Origin: an uncultured Actinomycetota bacterium
Lineage (GTDB): Bacteria; Actinomycetota; Actinomycetes; Actinomycetales; Microbacteriaceae
NCBI GenBank assembly: GCA_963702815.1
Contig: CAVPED010000003.1
Span: 57,524 to 121,523 of the forward strand
Direction of reading: 5' to 3'
DNA length: 64,000 bases
The translations under genes were made by a program, and so were the position numbers. The notes under the pieces were generated by a model that worked only from the letters and a program-made list of their open reading frames with translations, ran no database searches and had not been told where the DNA came from. This document shows, piece by piece, positions 50,270 to 59,669 of this stretch (its first letter is position 1; each line of letters starts with the position of its first letter).

Positions 50270-51057
50270 ACCCGACCTTCCGCGATGCCCTCCGAGACGC
50301 CGACCGCCCCCTCGCCGGGATCTGGGTCTGCAGCGGGAGCGCGCTCGTCGCCGAGATCTGCGCGGGCTCGGGCATGGACTGGGTGCTGATCGACATGGAG
50401 CACGCCCCCAACGGCCTCGAGTCCGTGCTCGCCCAGCTGCACGCGGTGTCGGGGTATCCGGTCGCGCCGGTCGTGCGCGTCCCGATCGGCGACGTGGTGA
50501 CGATCAAGCAGGTGCTCGACGTGGGTGCGCAGAACATCCTCGTTCCGATGGTCTCGTCGGCGACGGATGCCGCTGCCGCCGTCGCGGCCGTCCGCTACCC
50601 GCCGCGCGGCACGCGCGGCGTCGGCTCGGCGCTCGCGAGGTCAGCCCGCTGGAACCGCGTCGAGGACTACCTGGCCCGAGCGGACGACCACGTCTCACTG
50701 TTCGTCCAGATCGAGACGGCCGCCGGCGTCGATGCCGCCGCCGAGATCGCCGCGGTGGACGGCGTCGACGGCGTCTTCATCGGCCCGAGCGACCTGGCCG
50801 CCTCGATGGGCGTCCTCGGGGCGCAGACCCATCCCGACGTCGTGGACGCGGTACGGCGCACGTTCGAGGCCGTCCGCGCTGCGGGCAAGCCGGTCGGGGT
50901 CAACGCCTTCGACCCGGCCGTGGCGCAGTCCTACCTCGACGCGGGCGCGGACTTCATCGCGGTGGGGGCCGACGTCTCGCTGCTCGCGCGCGGCTCGGAG
51001 TCGCTCGCCGAGCGCTTCGTCAGGCCATCGGGCGACAGCATCCGCTCGTCCTACTGA
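50254..51057 (+). CDS. hpaI: HpcH/HpaI aldolase
   Basis: IDMEHAPN, IKQVLDVGAQ, RYPPRGTRG, VQIET, FIGPSDL. Confidence 0.93.
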   Translation: MPLQLNPTFRDALRDADRPLAGIWVCSGSALVAEICAGSGMDWVLIDMEHAPNGLESVLAQLHAVSGYPVAPVVRVPIGDVVTIKQVLDVGAQNILVPMVSSATDAAAAVAAVRYPPRGTRGVGSALARSARWNRVEDYLARADDHVSLFVQIETAAGVDAAAEIAAVDGVDGVFIGPSDLAASMGVLGAQTHPDVVDAVRRTFEAVRAAGKPVGVNAFDPAVAQSYLDAGADFIAVGADVSLLARGSESLAERFVRPSGDSIRSSY

Positions 51058-51125
51058 CCGCTCCGGAGAGAGCGGATGCTGTCAAGGACCCCTATCCGGG
51101 TCCACGGGCATGCCATCGTGGAGAC

Positions 51126-51925
51126 ATGAAGAGGGATGTCACCGCACGCATCGTCCTGACCGTCACCGAACCGGCGCACCTAGTCTTCGCGATCGCCGTC
51201 GCCCAGCAGCACCTCCCCGCCGCAGAATCGTTCATCGCCACCCTCGACGGCGCGCCCGTCGACGTGGAGGAGGTCGCGGACGCTCACGGCACCCGCCTTC
51301 ACCGCATCCACAGCGGCGACGGGCGAGCTCGTGGTCAGCTACACCGCGAGCGTCATCGGAGCCAGCGACCCCCCGAGCGTCAGCGACGCCGACCTCCTCG
51401 TGTACACGCGGCCGAGCCGCTACTCCGAGTCCGACTCGCTCGCCGCGACCGCAGGCGCCGAGTTCCTCGGCATCACGGGCGGCGAAGAGCTCCTCGGGTC
51501 GGTCTCGTCGTGGGTCGGCACGCGCCTGGCCTACGTGTCGGGTTCGTCTCTGCCCGACCGACGGCGCCGTGCGCACGCTGCTCAACCGCCAGGGCGTCTG
51601 CCGCGACTACGCGCACCTGAGCGTCGCGTTCCTGCGCGCGCTCGGCATCCCGGCCCGCCTCGCCGCGGTCTATGCGCCGGGGCTCTCGCCGATGGACTTC
51701 CATGCAGTCGCCGAGGCCTGGGTCGATGGGCGCTGGTGCGTGGTCGACGCGACGACGCTCGCACCCCGGCAGACGCTCCTGCGCATCGCCACGGGACGGG
51801 ATGCGGCAGACACGGCGTTCCTCAACGTCCTGTCGGGCCGGGCCGACCTCCGCGAGGTGTCCGTGAGCGCGGTCGCCGACAGCCTCCCGAACGACGACAT
51901 CACGAAACTGGTCTCCATCGCCTGA
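51126..51925 (+). CDS. Transglutaminase-like superfamily protein (indels)
   Basis: RPSRYSESD, GVCRDYAH (Cys), DFHAVAE (His), VDAT (Asp), GRDAAD. Confidence 0.85.
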
Positions 51926-51934
51926 CCTGAATTA

Positions 51935-51974
51935 GTGTCAACCTGTTGACATCCGAGGTGTCAACAGGTTGACT
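51935..51974 (+). promoter_or_regulatory. Double palindromic operator upstream of marR
   Basis: GTCAACCTGTTGACA-tccgagg-TGTCAACAGGTTGAC; each half is a GTCAAC-N2-GTTGAC palindrome and the halves are inverses; contains TTGACA. Confidence 0.75.
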
Positions 51975-51980
51975 ACTGGT

Positions 51981-52427
51981 GTGTCCGATCGCATCACCGT
52001 CACCCTGCACCACCTGGTGTCGCTCATGGACAGCTACGCCGACGAGATGCTGCAGAGCGCCCACGGCGTCACGTTCAGCCAGTTCCAGTTCCTCGCCGCT
52101 GTGGCCGATCTGCAGCCGGTCGACATCACGACGCTGGCCCGCTGCCTCTTCGTCACGAAGGCCGCCGTCAGCAAGCGGGTGCCCTCATTGGTGGCGGAGG
52201 GCTGGATCACGACGTCGGACGATCCCCGCCACGGTCGCCGGGTGCTCCTCACCCTCACCCCGCGCGCGCTCCAGCTCGTCATCACCGCCGGCGGCGGGCT
52301 GGACGACCAGTTCACGTCGCTGTTCTCCGATCCCCGGCTCGGGGCCGAGGGCATCGACGTCGCGCGCCTCAACCAGCAGCTTCAGACCCTCATGGAACTC
52401 GTCACCGAGAAAGGCATACCGCAATGA
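51981..52427 (+). CDS. MarR-family transcriptional regulator
   Basis: GVTFSQFQFL, TKAAVSKRV..LVAEGWI, D.RHGRRVLLTLT. Confidence 0.9.
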   Translation: MSDRITVTLHHLVSLMDSYADEMLQSAHGVTFSQFQFLAAVADLQPVDITTLARCLFVTKAAVSKRVPSLVAEGWITTSDDPRHGRRVLLTLTPRALQLVITAGGGLDDQFTSLFSDPRLGAEGIDVARLNQQLQTLMELVTEKGIPQ

Positions 52428-53071
52428 ACCCTCGCATCCTCGTCATCATCGGCACTCCGATCGCCGGCAGTCTCAACCACGCGCTGGCGGGCTCGTACAC
52501 CGACGCCGCACGCGCAGGAGGCGCCGACGTGCGCGTCATCGACCTCGCGAACGATCCGATCCCCGCACACCCCACCAGTCGCGACGAGCTGCGGATGCCG
52601 CGCACCGACGCCGACCGGGCACTCGACCCGGAGGTCGCGAGGTACATCGACGACGTGGAGTGGGCCGACCACCTGGTCTTCTTCCACCCGCAGTGGTGGG
52701 GCACGTACCCCGCCGCGCTGAAGGCGTTCGTCGACCGCGTGTTCCTCTCGGGCTTCGCGTTCCGCTACCGCCCGAAGTCCGCGATGTCGGAGCGGCTGCT
52801 CGCGGGCCGGACCGCCCGCATCGTGATGACCATGGACTCGCCCCGGTTCTGGAACCGCCTCGTCTACCGCAACGCGGCCGAGACCAGCCTCAAGCGGCCG
52901 ATCCTCGGGTACTGCGGCGTGAAGACGATCGGCATCTCCCGGTTCACCCCGGTGCGGTTCAGCGAGGACGAGCAGCGGAGCGGCTGGATCGCCGAGACGG
53001 CGAAGCTCGGCACGCGGGATGCCGCGGCATCCGTCACCCGCTCGCGAGAGGCTGTCGCCGCCACGGCCTGA
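52424..53071 (+). CDS. NAD(P)H-dependent oxidoreductase, flavodoxin-like fold (KefF/MdaB/NQO)
   Basis: ILVIIGTP..GSLNHAL, WADHLVFFHPQWWGTYPAALKAFVDRVF..GFAF. Confidence 0.9.
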   Translation: MNPRILVIIGTPIAGSLNHALAGSYTDAARAGGADVRVIDLANDPIPAHPTSRDELRMPRTDADRALDPEVARYIDDVEWADHLVFFHPQWWGTYPAALKAFVDRVFLSGFAFRYRPKSAMSERLLAGRTARIVMTMDSPRFWNRLVYRNAAETSLKRPILGYCGVKTIGISRFTPVRFSEDEQRSGWIAETAKLGTRDAAASVTRSREAVAATA

Positions 53072-53125
53072 AGCCACCGAGGGCCGCTGTGGCCCGCCCG
53101 GTGCCGGGCGTGGGAATCTTGTCTC

Positions 53126-53705
53126 ATGAAGAACTGGATCGTGCGCTTCGCGGCCCTCTATGTGTTCAACCTCGCCGTCCTGCTGCTGATCGGCCTGCTC
53201 ACTCCGGGGGTGAACGTCGGATGGGGCGTCCTGTGGGCGAGCGTGATCCTCACGGCCGGGCGCCATCTGGGTGAAGCCGCTCATTCAGAAGTGGTTCGCG
53301 AACATGACGGCGAAGTCGTCGAGCCGTCGGAACAAGGCCGGCGAGACGATGGTGCGGATCGGGCTCGTCTTCGCCGTCGAACTCGTCCTGTGGATGCTCG
53401 TGGTGTGGTTCTCGGGCGTTCAGGTCCACAACTGGCTGTTCGGCTACCTGCTGCCACCGGTCTTCCTCCTCATCGCGTGGGCGATCTACGACGCCGTCGA
53501 CGATCGTCTGCACGAGCGGGCAGCGGTCATCTACGACCGCGCGTCGGCGAAGGTCGGGAGGTCGACGGATGCCGCAGCTCCGACGGTGCCCGCACCCTCG
53601 GCCGGTCCCGCGGTGTCCCCTCCACCCGCCGGCGCCAAGCCGAACGCGTATGACGGCTTGACGGCCGAGCAGCGTCGGATGCTGGACGAGCTCGACGGAA
53701 GCTGA
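53126..53705 (+). CDS. 4-TM membrane protein, DUF360/holin-superfamily-like (indel ~53260)
   Basis: Hydrophobic helices split between ORFs 53126.. and 53271..53705; family assignment by pattern only. Confidence 0.6.
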
Positions 53706-53840
53706 CCCTCACCTCCGGGCCGGTGTGGCCCCGGCATCCCGTAACAATCCGACGCGCGATGCGCCGCGCCGACTGCCGACGGGAAAAATGGGTGTCGGCG
53801 CCGACAGCACGGCGCCCGTACCCGACCCCCGGAGGCCTCC

Positions 53841-54689
53841 ATGTCGCGTTCCCTGCGCTCTGCCCTGATCGCCTCGAGCGTCGCCGCGGCGCTCCTCCTC
53901 GCCGGGTGCGCGTCCGGGACGGGCGGCGACTCGACGGCATCCGGTGACGACGAGGGCTGGGTCACGCCCGGCAAGATCACGATCGCGACAGGCGAGCCCG
54001 CGTACTACCCCTGGGTCATCGACGACAAGCCCGAGAGCGGTGAAGGCTTCGAAGCCGCTGTGGCGTACGCGGTCGCGGATGAGCTCGGCTTCTCGAAGGA
54101 CGACGTCGTGTGGGTGCGCACCGGCTTCGACGAGGCGATCGCCCCGGGGCCCAAGGACTTCGACGTCAATCTCCAGCAGTTCTCGATCAGCGACGAGCGC
54201 AAGCAGTCGGTCGACTTCAGCTCGCCGTACTACGAGACGACCCAGGTCGTGATCACGACCGGCTCCTCCCCCGCGGCCGACGCGGCGTCGATCGCCGACC
54301 TCAAGGACCTGCTGATCGGAGCGCAGACCGGCACCACGAGCTTCACGGCGATCGAGCAGACGATCCAGCCCACGCAGGGCGCCCAGGCGTTCAACACGAA
54401 CGAGGATGCCAAGCTCGCGCTCGAGAACGGCCAGATCGACGCGCTCGTCGTCGACCTGCCGACCGCGTTCTACATCGCCGGGGCCGAGCTCAGCGACGGC
54501 GTGATCGTCGGTCAGCTCCCCAACCCCGAGGGCACGACGGGCGACCAGTTCGGCCTCGTGCTCGCGAAGGACTCGCCGCTCACCGAGAAGGTCACCGCGG
54601 CCGTCGACGCCCTCCGCGACGCCGGCACGCTCGACGACCTCGCGGCGGAATGGCTCGGCGGCGACGACCAGGCCCCTCTCCTCAAGTGA
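53841..54689 (+). CDS. Polar amino-acid ABC transporter substrate-binding lipoprotein
   Basis: Lipobox LAGC, PAYYPW, ERKQSVDFSSPYY, GAQTGTT, GQIDALVVD. Confidence 0.92.
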   Translation: MSRSLRSALIASSVAAALLLAGCASGTGGDSTASGDDEGWVTPGKITIATGEPAYYPWVIDDKPESGEGFEAAVAYAVADELGFSKDDVVWVRTGFDEAIAPGPKDFDVNLQQFSISDERKQSVDFSSPYYETTQVVITTGSSPAADAASIADLKDLLIGAQTGTTSFTAIEQTIQPTQGAQAFNTNEDAKLALENGQIDALVVDLPTAFYIAGAELSDGVIVGQLPNPEGTTGDQFGLVLAKDSPLTEKVTAAVDALRDAGTLDDLAAEWLGGDDQAPLLK

Positions 54690-54747
54690 GCGAGGGGCTC
54701 CGTCCCCGCCGCGGACGGCGCCCGATCGCCTCGGCTAGCCTGGCCCG

Positions 54748-55623
54748 ATGACCCTGGCACCGCCCCTGGATCCGGCTGTCCGGCCCGTCAGCGACATCGA
54801 GCTCGAGCGCCGCGCGTTCCGCAAGCGACAGGGCGCCAAGTCCGTCGCGGTCAGCGTCGTCTCCACGCTCGTCCTCGCGGCTGTCGTGTGGGTGACGCTC
54901 ATCAGCACCCCCGGGTGGGAGCAGGTCAAGCAGTCGTTCTTCAACTGGGACGTCGCGGTCGCCTCGTTCCCGCGCATCTGGCAGGGGTTCCTCCTCAACC
55001 TCCAGGTGCTCGCGATCTCGGCGGTGCTCGTCGTCCTGTTCGGACTGCTGATCGCCACCCTGCGCACCCTCCGCGGACCGGTGTGGCTGCCCCTGCGGGC
55101 GCTCGCCGCCGGCTACACCGACCTGTTCCGCGGCCTGCCGCTCATCATCGTGCTGTACCTCGTCGGCTTCGGCATCCCGGGTCTCGGCCTCATCCCCGTG
55201 CGGCTGCCGTTCGCCTTCTGGGGGGTGGTCGCGCTCACGCTCACGTACTCGGCGTACGTCGCCGAGGTGTTCCGCGCCGGCATCGAGGCGGTGCACCCGT
55301 CGCAGCGGCAGGCAGCCCGCTCGCTCGGGCTCAGCCACGCCAAGACGATGCGGCTGATCGTCGTCCCGCAGGCGATCCGCAAGGTGACGCCCGCCCTCAT
55401 GAACGACTTCGTCGCCCTGCAGAAGGATGTCGGCCTCATCTCGGTGCTCGGCGCCGTCGACGCCGTCCGCGCCGCCCAGATCGAGACCGCCACGCACTTC
55501 AACTTCACCCCCTACGTCGTGGCCGGCCTGCTCTTCGTGCTGCTCGCGATCCCGACGATCCGGCTGACCGACTGGTACACGGCGCGCGTGCGGGCCCGCG
55601 AGCAGGTCGGCGGGATCGTATGA
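54748..55623 (+). CDS. Polar amino-acid ABC transporter permease
   Basis: FRGLPL, SAYVAEVFRAGIEAV..Q.QAARSLG, PQAIR, KD..LISVLG. Confidence 0.93.
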   Translation: MTLAPPLDPAVRPVSDIELERRAFRKRQGAKSVAVSVVSTLVLAAVVWVTLISTPGWEQVKQSFFNWDVAVASFPRIWQGFLLNLQVLAISAVLVVLFGLLIATLRTLRGPVWLPLRALAAGYTDLFRGLPLIIVLYLVGFGIPGLGLIPVRLPFAFWGVVALTLTYSAYVAEVFRAGIEAVHPSQRQAARSLGLSHAKTMRLIVVPQAIRKVTPALMNDFVALQKDVGLISVLGAVDAVRAAQIETATHFNFTPYVVAGLLFVLLAIPTIRLTDWYTARVRAREQVGGIV

Positions 55624-56357
55624 CCGCGGTGCTGCGGGTCGAGGGCGTCTGGAAGTCGTTCGACGACCATGCCGTCCTCCGCGGGATCGACCTCGAGGTG
55701 GGCGCCGGCGAGGTGGTCGCCCTCATCGGCGCGAGCGGCTCGGGAAAGTCGACGCTCCTGCGCACCGTGAACCTGCTCGAGCCGATCGACGACGGCCGCA
55801 TCTGGCTGCGCGACGAGGACATCAGCGATCCGCGCGTCGATCCCGACGCCGTCCGCGCCCGGATCGGGGTGGTCTTCCAGCAGTACAACCTCTTCCCGCA
55901 CCTCACCGTGCTCGCCAACATCACCCTCGCGCTGCGCCACGTCCACAGACTGGGAAGACGATCAGCGGATGCCGCGGCCCTCGCCCTGCTCGAACGCGTC
56001 GGCCTGACCGACAAGGCGCAGTCGCACCCCGACCGCCTGTCCGGCGGCCAGCAGCAGCGCGTGGCGATCGCCCGAGCGATCGCCACCTCGCCGGATCTGC
56101 TGCTCCTCGACGAGATCACCTCGGCGCTCGACCCGGAGCTCGTGGGGGAAGTGCTCGACCTCGTCCGCTCGCTCGCCGACGACGGCATGACCATCGTGAT
56201 GGCGACCCACGAGATGGCATTCGCCCGTGATGTCGCCGACCGCGTGGTGTTCCTCGATGCGGGGCGCATCCTCGAGCAGGGCCCGCCCGGCGAGGTCTTC
56301 GGCGCTCCTCGAGAAGAGCGGACGCGGGCGTTCCTCGCGCGCTTCACGACACCCTGA
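55620..56357 (+). CDS. Polar amino-acid ABC transporter ATP-binding protein
   Basis: GASGSGKSTLLR, FQQYNLFPH, LSGGQQQR, DEITSALDPELV, THEM. Confidence 0.94.
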   Translation: MTAVLRVEGVWKSFDDHAVLRGIDLEVGAGEVVALIGASGSGKSTLLRTVNLLEPIDDGRIWLRDEDISDPRVDPDAVRARIGVVFQQYNLFPHLTVLANITLALRHVHRLGRRSADAAALALLERVGLTDKAQSHPDRLSGGQQQRVAIARAIATSPDLLLLDEITSALDPELVGEVLDLVRSLADDGMTIVMATHEMAFARDVADRVVFLDAGRILEQGPPGEVFGAPREERTRAFLARFTTP

Positions 56358-56572
56358 CCGAGCTGCCCTCCGAGGCCCTCGCCCCTCACTATCGGCGCGG
56401 CGCAGACGAGCATCCCCCAGGGGTGTCGCGGGAACCAGCCGCAGCCAGCCGTCGGTCGGCTTCCAGAGGCAACACCGGACGGATCGTGAAGGATGACCCC
56501 GCTCGGAGAACCCCGACGCCAGTGTTCGAAGCGTGATCGAGCGCTCTGCGGGGCGATGACGGCATGGACGGG

Positions 56573-57610
56573 TTATGTGTCGCAGCCGATACCGTCTTTG
56601 TCTCGGTCGAGGTGCGATGCGTAGCCTGGCTGGCCCTGATAGATCGGTGCAGCGCCTGCGGCGCGGACAGCGTCACAGTTCTTGTAGTACACGTCGGCTG
56701 GCGCGGGAGCCGGGGCCGGTTGCGCAGGGGCCGGTTGCGCGGGTGCGGGGGCCGGTTGCACGGGCGCGGGTTGGGCTGGCGCGGCTGCGGGTTGGGCTGG
56801 TGCGGGCTGCGCGGGCATCTCGTGCTGGGCATCCACCGTCACGTACTGAGGTTGAAGCGGGTGGCCGCCGTACCCGTCGCGGCTGTCGTACTTGGCGATC
56901 GCCCAGCCGGTTTCGATCATGTGCGCGCCCGCGTCCTTACCGCCGACCTGGACGTAGCGCAGCAGTCGACCGTAGCGGTCGGTGTCGTCGCGCAAGTCCA
57001 CCGCGACCAGGGTGAGGGCACCGGTGGCGAGGAACGCGCTGAGTTCTGCGGTGGCCTGGTCATAGCCCCACGCTCCGACCTCAGGGGTGTCGATCCCGAT
57101 CAGGCGCACCTTTCCGGCGGAGGTGTCGATGGTATCCCCGTCGACGACCGAAGTGAGCGTGACCGCCAACGTCTCCGGCGTCGGCGTCGGCGTCGGCTTC
57201 GGTGCGCGCGTCGGAGTCGACGTGGGTGTCGGGGCCTGCTCCACGGCGGGGGTCTCCGCGATCGCGGTCGGCTCCTCGTTGGCGGAGCCGGGGAGCACGA
57301 CGTTCGCGAGGCTGCCCGTGATCAGGAACGCAACGGCCGACACTGCCGTCACCCACGTGGCGACCTTCCGATCACGGAATCGCAGCCAGGTGGGGGTGTT
57401 CTTCACCAGCGCGACGATCCCGGTGATCAGCACAACCAGGAAGATCACCGCGAAGATCGGTGACAGAAGCACGCCGATTGCGAGGGCAACGATGCCGATG
57501 AGCACCCACGCCCACACAGGTAGGCGTCGCCTCGTTGCGCGGGCCCGCTCGACGGGGGGTGGCGGCGTCAAACCCGTCGGTACGGTCGGCCCACTACCGG
57601 TGATGTTCAT
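56573..57610 (-). CDS. Membrane-anchored thermonuclease (SNase) with Pro/Thr and QPAPA linkers and a C-terminal Excalibur Ca-binding domain
   Basis: Three N-terminal hydrophobic segments; VVDGDT, VRLIGIDTPE, DRYGRLLRYV; YYKNCDAVRAAGAAPIYQGQPGY..HLDRDKDGIGC. Confidence 0.9.
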   Translation of the reverse strand: MNITGSGPTVPTGLTPPPPVERARATRRRLPVWAWVLIGIVALAIGVLLSPIFAVIFLVVLITGIVALVKNTPTWLRFRDRKVATWVTAVSAVAFLITGSLANVVLPGSANEEPTAIAETPAVEQAPTPTSTPTRAPKPTPTPTPETLAVTLTSVVDGDTIDTSAGKVRLIGIDTPEVGAWGYDQATAELSAFLATGALTLVAVDLRDDTDRYGRLLRYVQVGGKDAGAHMIETGWAIAKYDSRDGYGGHPLQPQYVTVDAQHEMPAQPAPAQPAAAPAQPAPVQPAPAPAQPAPAQPAPAPAPADVYYKNCDAVRAAGAAPIYQGQPGYASHLDRDKDGIGCDT

Positions 57611-57980
57611 TCCATGTCCCCAGATTCTTCGTTACTCGCCGCGTGCGCGCCGGGTAGGGGCTGCGCGCGCGACAGAACGGCATTGACGATTGCCGATGCC
57701 TCCCGCATGTGAGGAGAGTCTTCTCATCACTGCGTTCGGGTGTACTGCCCGCGGATCCTCGTACCGTGACTGATCGCCACGGTCGCTTACGCGGGGTTAC
57801 TCGAACTCAGGTCGGCACTTGAATATTAGTTCAGGGTCCTGACAAACCCATGTGAGCACTGCACGCGGGAGCTGCCCGTGGCAACAGGTCTCGTATGGAT
57901 CATTTCCTGCGGGCATGAGCACGCCTCGTCGGGGTGAGGATGCGGTCCTTCGCACCGCCGCGAGCGGGCAGGATGGCACC

Positions 57981-58331
57981 ATGGTCGAGATCTCGGACGA
58001 CGACTTCGAACGAATGGTTTCGGAGGTGTTCGAGGCTCTCCCCGACGACATGGTCCGCGGGCTGGAGAACGTCGGGATCGTCATCGAAAACCAGCCGGTG
58101 GGTCAGCGGCCGCGGCTGTTCGGGCTGTACCGAGGGCATCCGCTGACAACACGCGGGGTCTACGGGTTCGGGGAGCTTCCCGACCGGATCACGTTGTACA
58201 AGAACAACATGCAGGAGCACAGCACCGACCTCGACGCGCTGCGTACGCGGGTGCGCATCACGCTCGTACACGAGATCGGTCACTACTTCGGGCTCGACGA
58301 TGCCCGGCTGCAGGAGCTCGGCTGGGCATAG
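57981..58331 (+). CDS. Minimal zincin-like metallopeptidase (DUF1025-like)
   Basis: LFGLYRG.PLT.R, LPDRITLY, HEIGHYFG..D..L.ELGW. Confidence 0.88.
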   Translation: MVEISDDDFERMVSEVFEALPDDMVRGLENVGIVIENQPVGQRPRLFGLYRGHPLTTRGVYGFGELPDRITLYKNNMQEHSTDLDALRTRVRITLVHEIGHYFGLDDARLQELGWA

Positions 58332-58488
58332 GATGCCGCCACCCCGGGCGGGGGCGCACCGATGGCGGGGGGCGTGCACCTTCAGCGCCGCGCAGCCGCG
58401 TCCAGACCCGATCCTGGAGAGCCCTCGAGGTTCACCACTCGACGATATCGACGGCCTCCCGGATCACACGCGCCGGCGCGTCGGTCCC

Positions 58489-59001
58489 TCAGTCGGCGCC
58501 GGCTTTGTCGGGGGTCCGGATCATGCGTATCTCCCGCACGTCGTTTTCGACCTGGACCGCTCCGTCGTGGACGAAGCCGTGCTTTCGGTAGAAGGCTTGC
58601 GCGCGGGGGTTCGGGTCGGCGACCCAGAGCACGGCAGGGCCAGTCGGGTCGATGACCGCGTCAAGGAATGCGGCGCCTGCCCCTGACCCGTGGAACGCGG
58701 CGTAGGTGTAGAGGACGTAGAGCTGCCGTGGCCCGCCATCGCCATCGAGCGGTGGTCCGGACATGGCGACACCGATCAAGGTTCCGTCGTGCACGGCGAC
58801 CGCGGCGATGTTCTGTGCGTACTGCGGATCGGTGAGGGCCGCGGCCCAGAATGTCTCACGCCATGTCAGAAGCCCTGGATCGTCGAGCACAGCATCGCTC
58901 ATCACGCCTCGGTACGTCTCGCGCCAGGTGTCCACGATGACTCTGGCCATGCTCGGCGCATCGGCCGGCTCGGCCAGGCGCACCGTGAAGTCGAGACCCA
59001 C
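58489..59001 (-). CDS. GNAT N-acetyltransferase
   Basis: TWRETYRG, LYVLY....HGSGAG, LWVADPNPRAQAFYRKHGF. Confidence 0.87.
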   Translation of the reverse strand: MGLDFTVRLAEPADAPSMARVIVDTWRETYRGVMSDAVLDDPGLLTWRETFWAAALTDPQYAQNIAAVAVHDGTLIGVAMSGPPLDGDGGPRQLYVLYTYAAFHGSGAGAAFLDAVIDPTGPAVLWVADPNPRAQAFYRKHGFVHDGAVQVENDVREIRMIRTPDKAGAD

Positions 59002-59133
59002 CGCTCCACGGTACCCATCGCGAGGCGCGGTACAACTCCCCGGTGTGACGGTGCCACGCTGGTTTTCGCAGAGTTGCAGCGGGCGTAGCTCGCGGGCAGC
59101 AGCATCCGACGTCTCTGGAGGGCTTGGTTGGCG

Positions 59134-59628
59134 ATGATCATCATCGTTGAGGGTGAGAGCGATCGTGTCGTCCTGGAAGTCCTCAGCACGCGGATGGGAA
59201 TCGCGCTCCACAGGATCGTGAAGGCAGGTGGGGCGAGCGGAGCACGCCGAGCGATCTCCGAACTGCCGGACGAGAGCATCGTCGGATTGGTCGACGCCAA
59301 CGAGCGGGGGCAGTTCGAGCGCGTGATCGAGCGCGTCTTCGTGTGCGATCCGGATCTCGAGGGCGAACTCGTCCGGGCACTCGGTGTCGACGCGGTCGAG
59401 GCTGTCATCGCCGCGCAGGGTGAGCTCGAGTCGTTCCGGCGCCTGCAGAATCAACCCGCGCAACGGGGCCGCCCCGTCGAGGCGCAACTGGCACGCTTCT
59501 TCGGTGGAAGGAGCGGCAACAAGGCGCGATACGCGCGCCTCCTCGCCGAGGCCGTCCCCCTCGATCGGATGCCCGCGCCGCTCGAAGGGCTCATCCGAGC
59601 CGCTGCGGTCGAAGCACCTCGGCAGTAG
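59134..59628 (+). CDS. Standalone TOPRIM-domain protein (OLD-nuclease-like)
   Basis: IIVEGESD, GG loop, GLVDANE, DLEGEL, K..YA. Confidence 0.75.
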   Translation: MIIIVEGESDRVVLEVLSTRMGIALHRIVKAGGASGARRAISELPDESIVGLVDANERGQFERVIERVFVCDPDLEGELVRALGVDAVEAVIAAQGELESFRRLQNQPAQRGRPVEAQLARFFGGRSGNKARYARLLAEAVPLDRMPAPLEGLIRAAAVEAPRQ

Positions 59629-59669
59629 CCGGCATTCCGCGCTCACGCGGATCGCCCATCGGCGGGTGG

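Noticed and set aside
53126-53705. Prophage remnant implied by a holin-like membrane protein
   Set aside because: No phage genes nearby; such 4-TM proteins are common chromosomal genes in actinobacteria.
56700-56820. Short tandem repeats resembling an array
   Set aside because: They encode the QPAPA linker of the nuclease; no spacers or cas genes, so not CRISPR.
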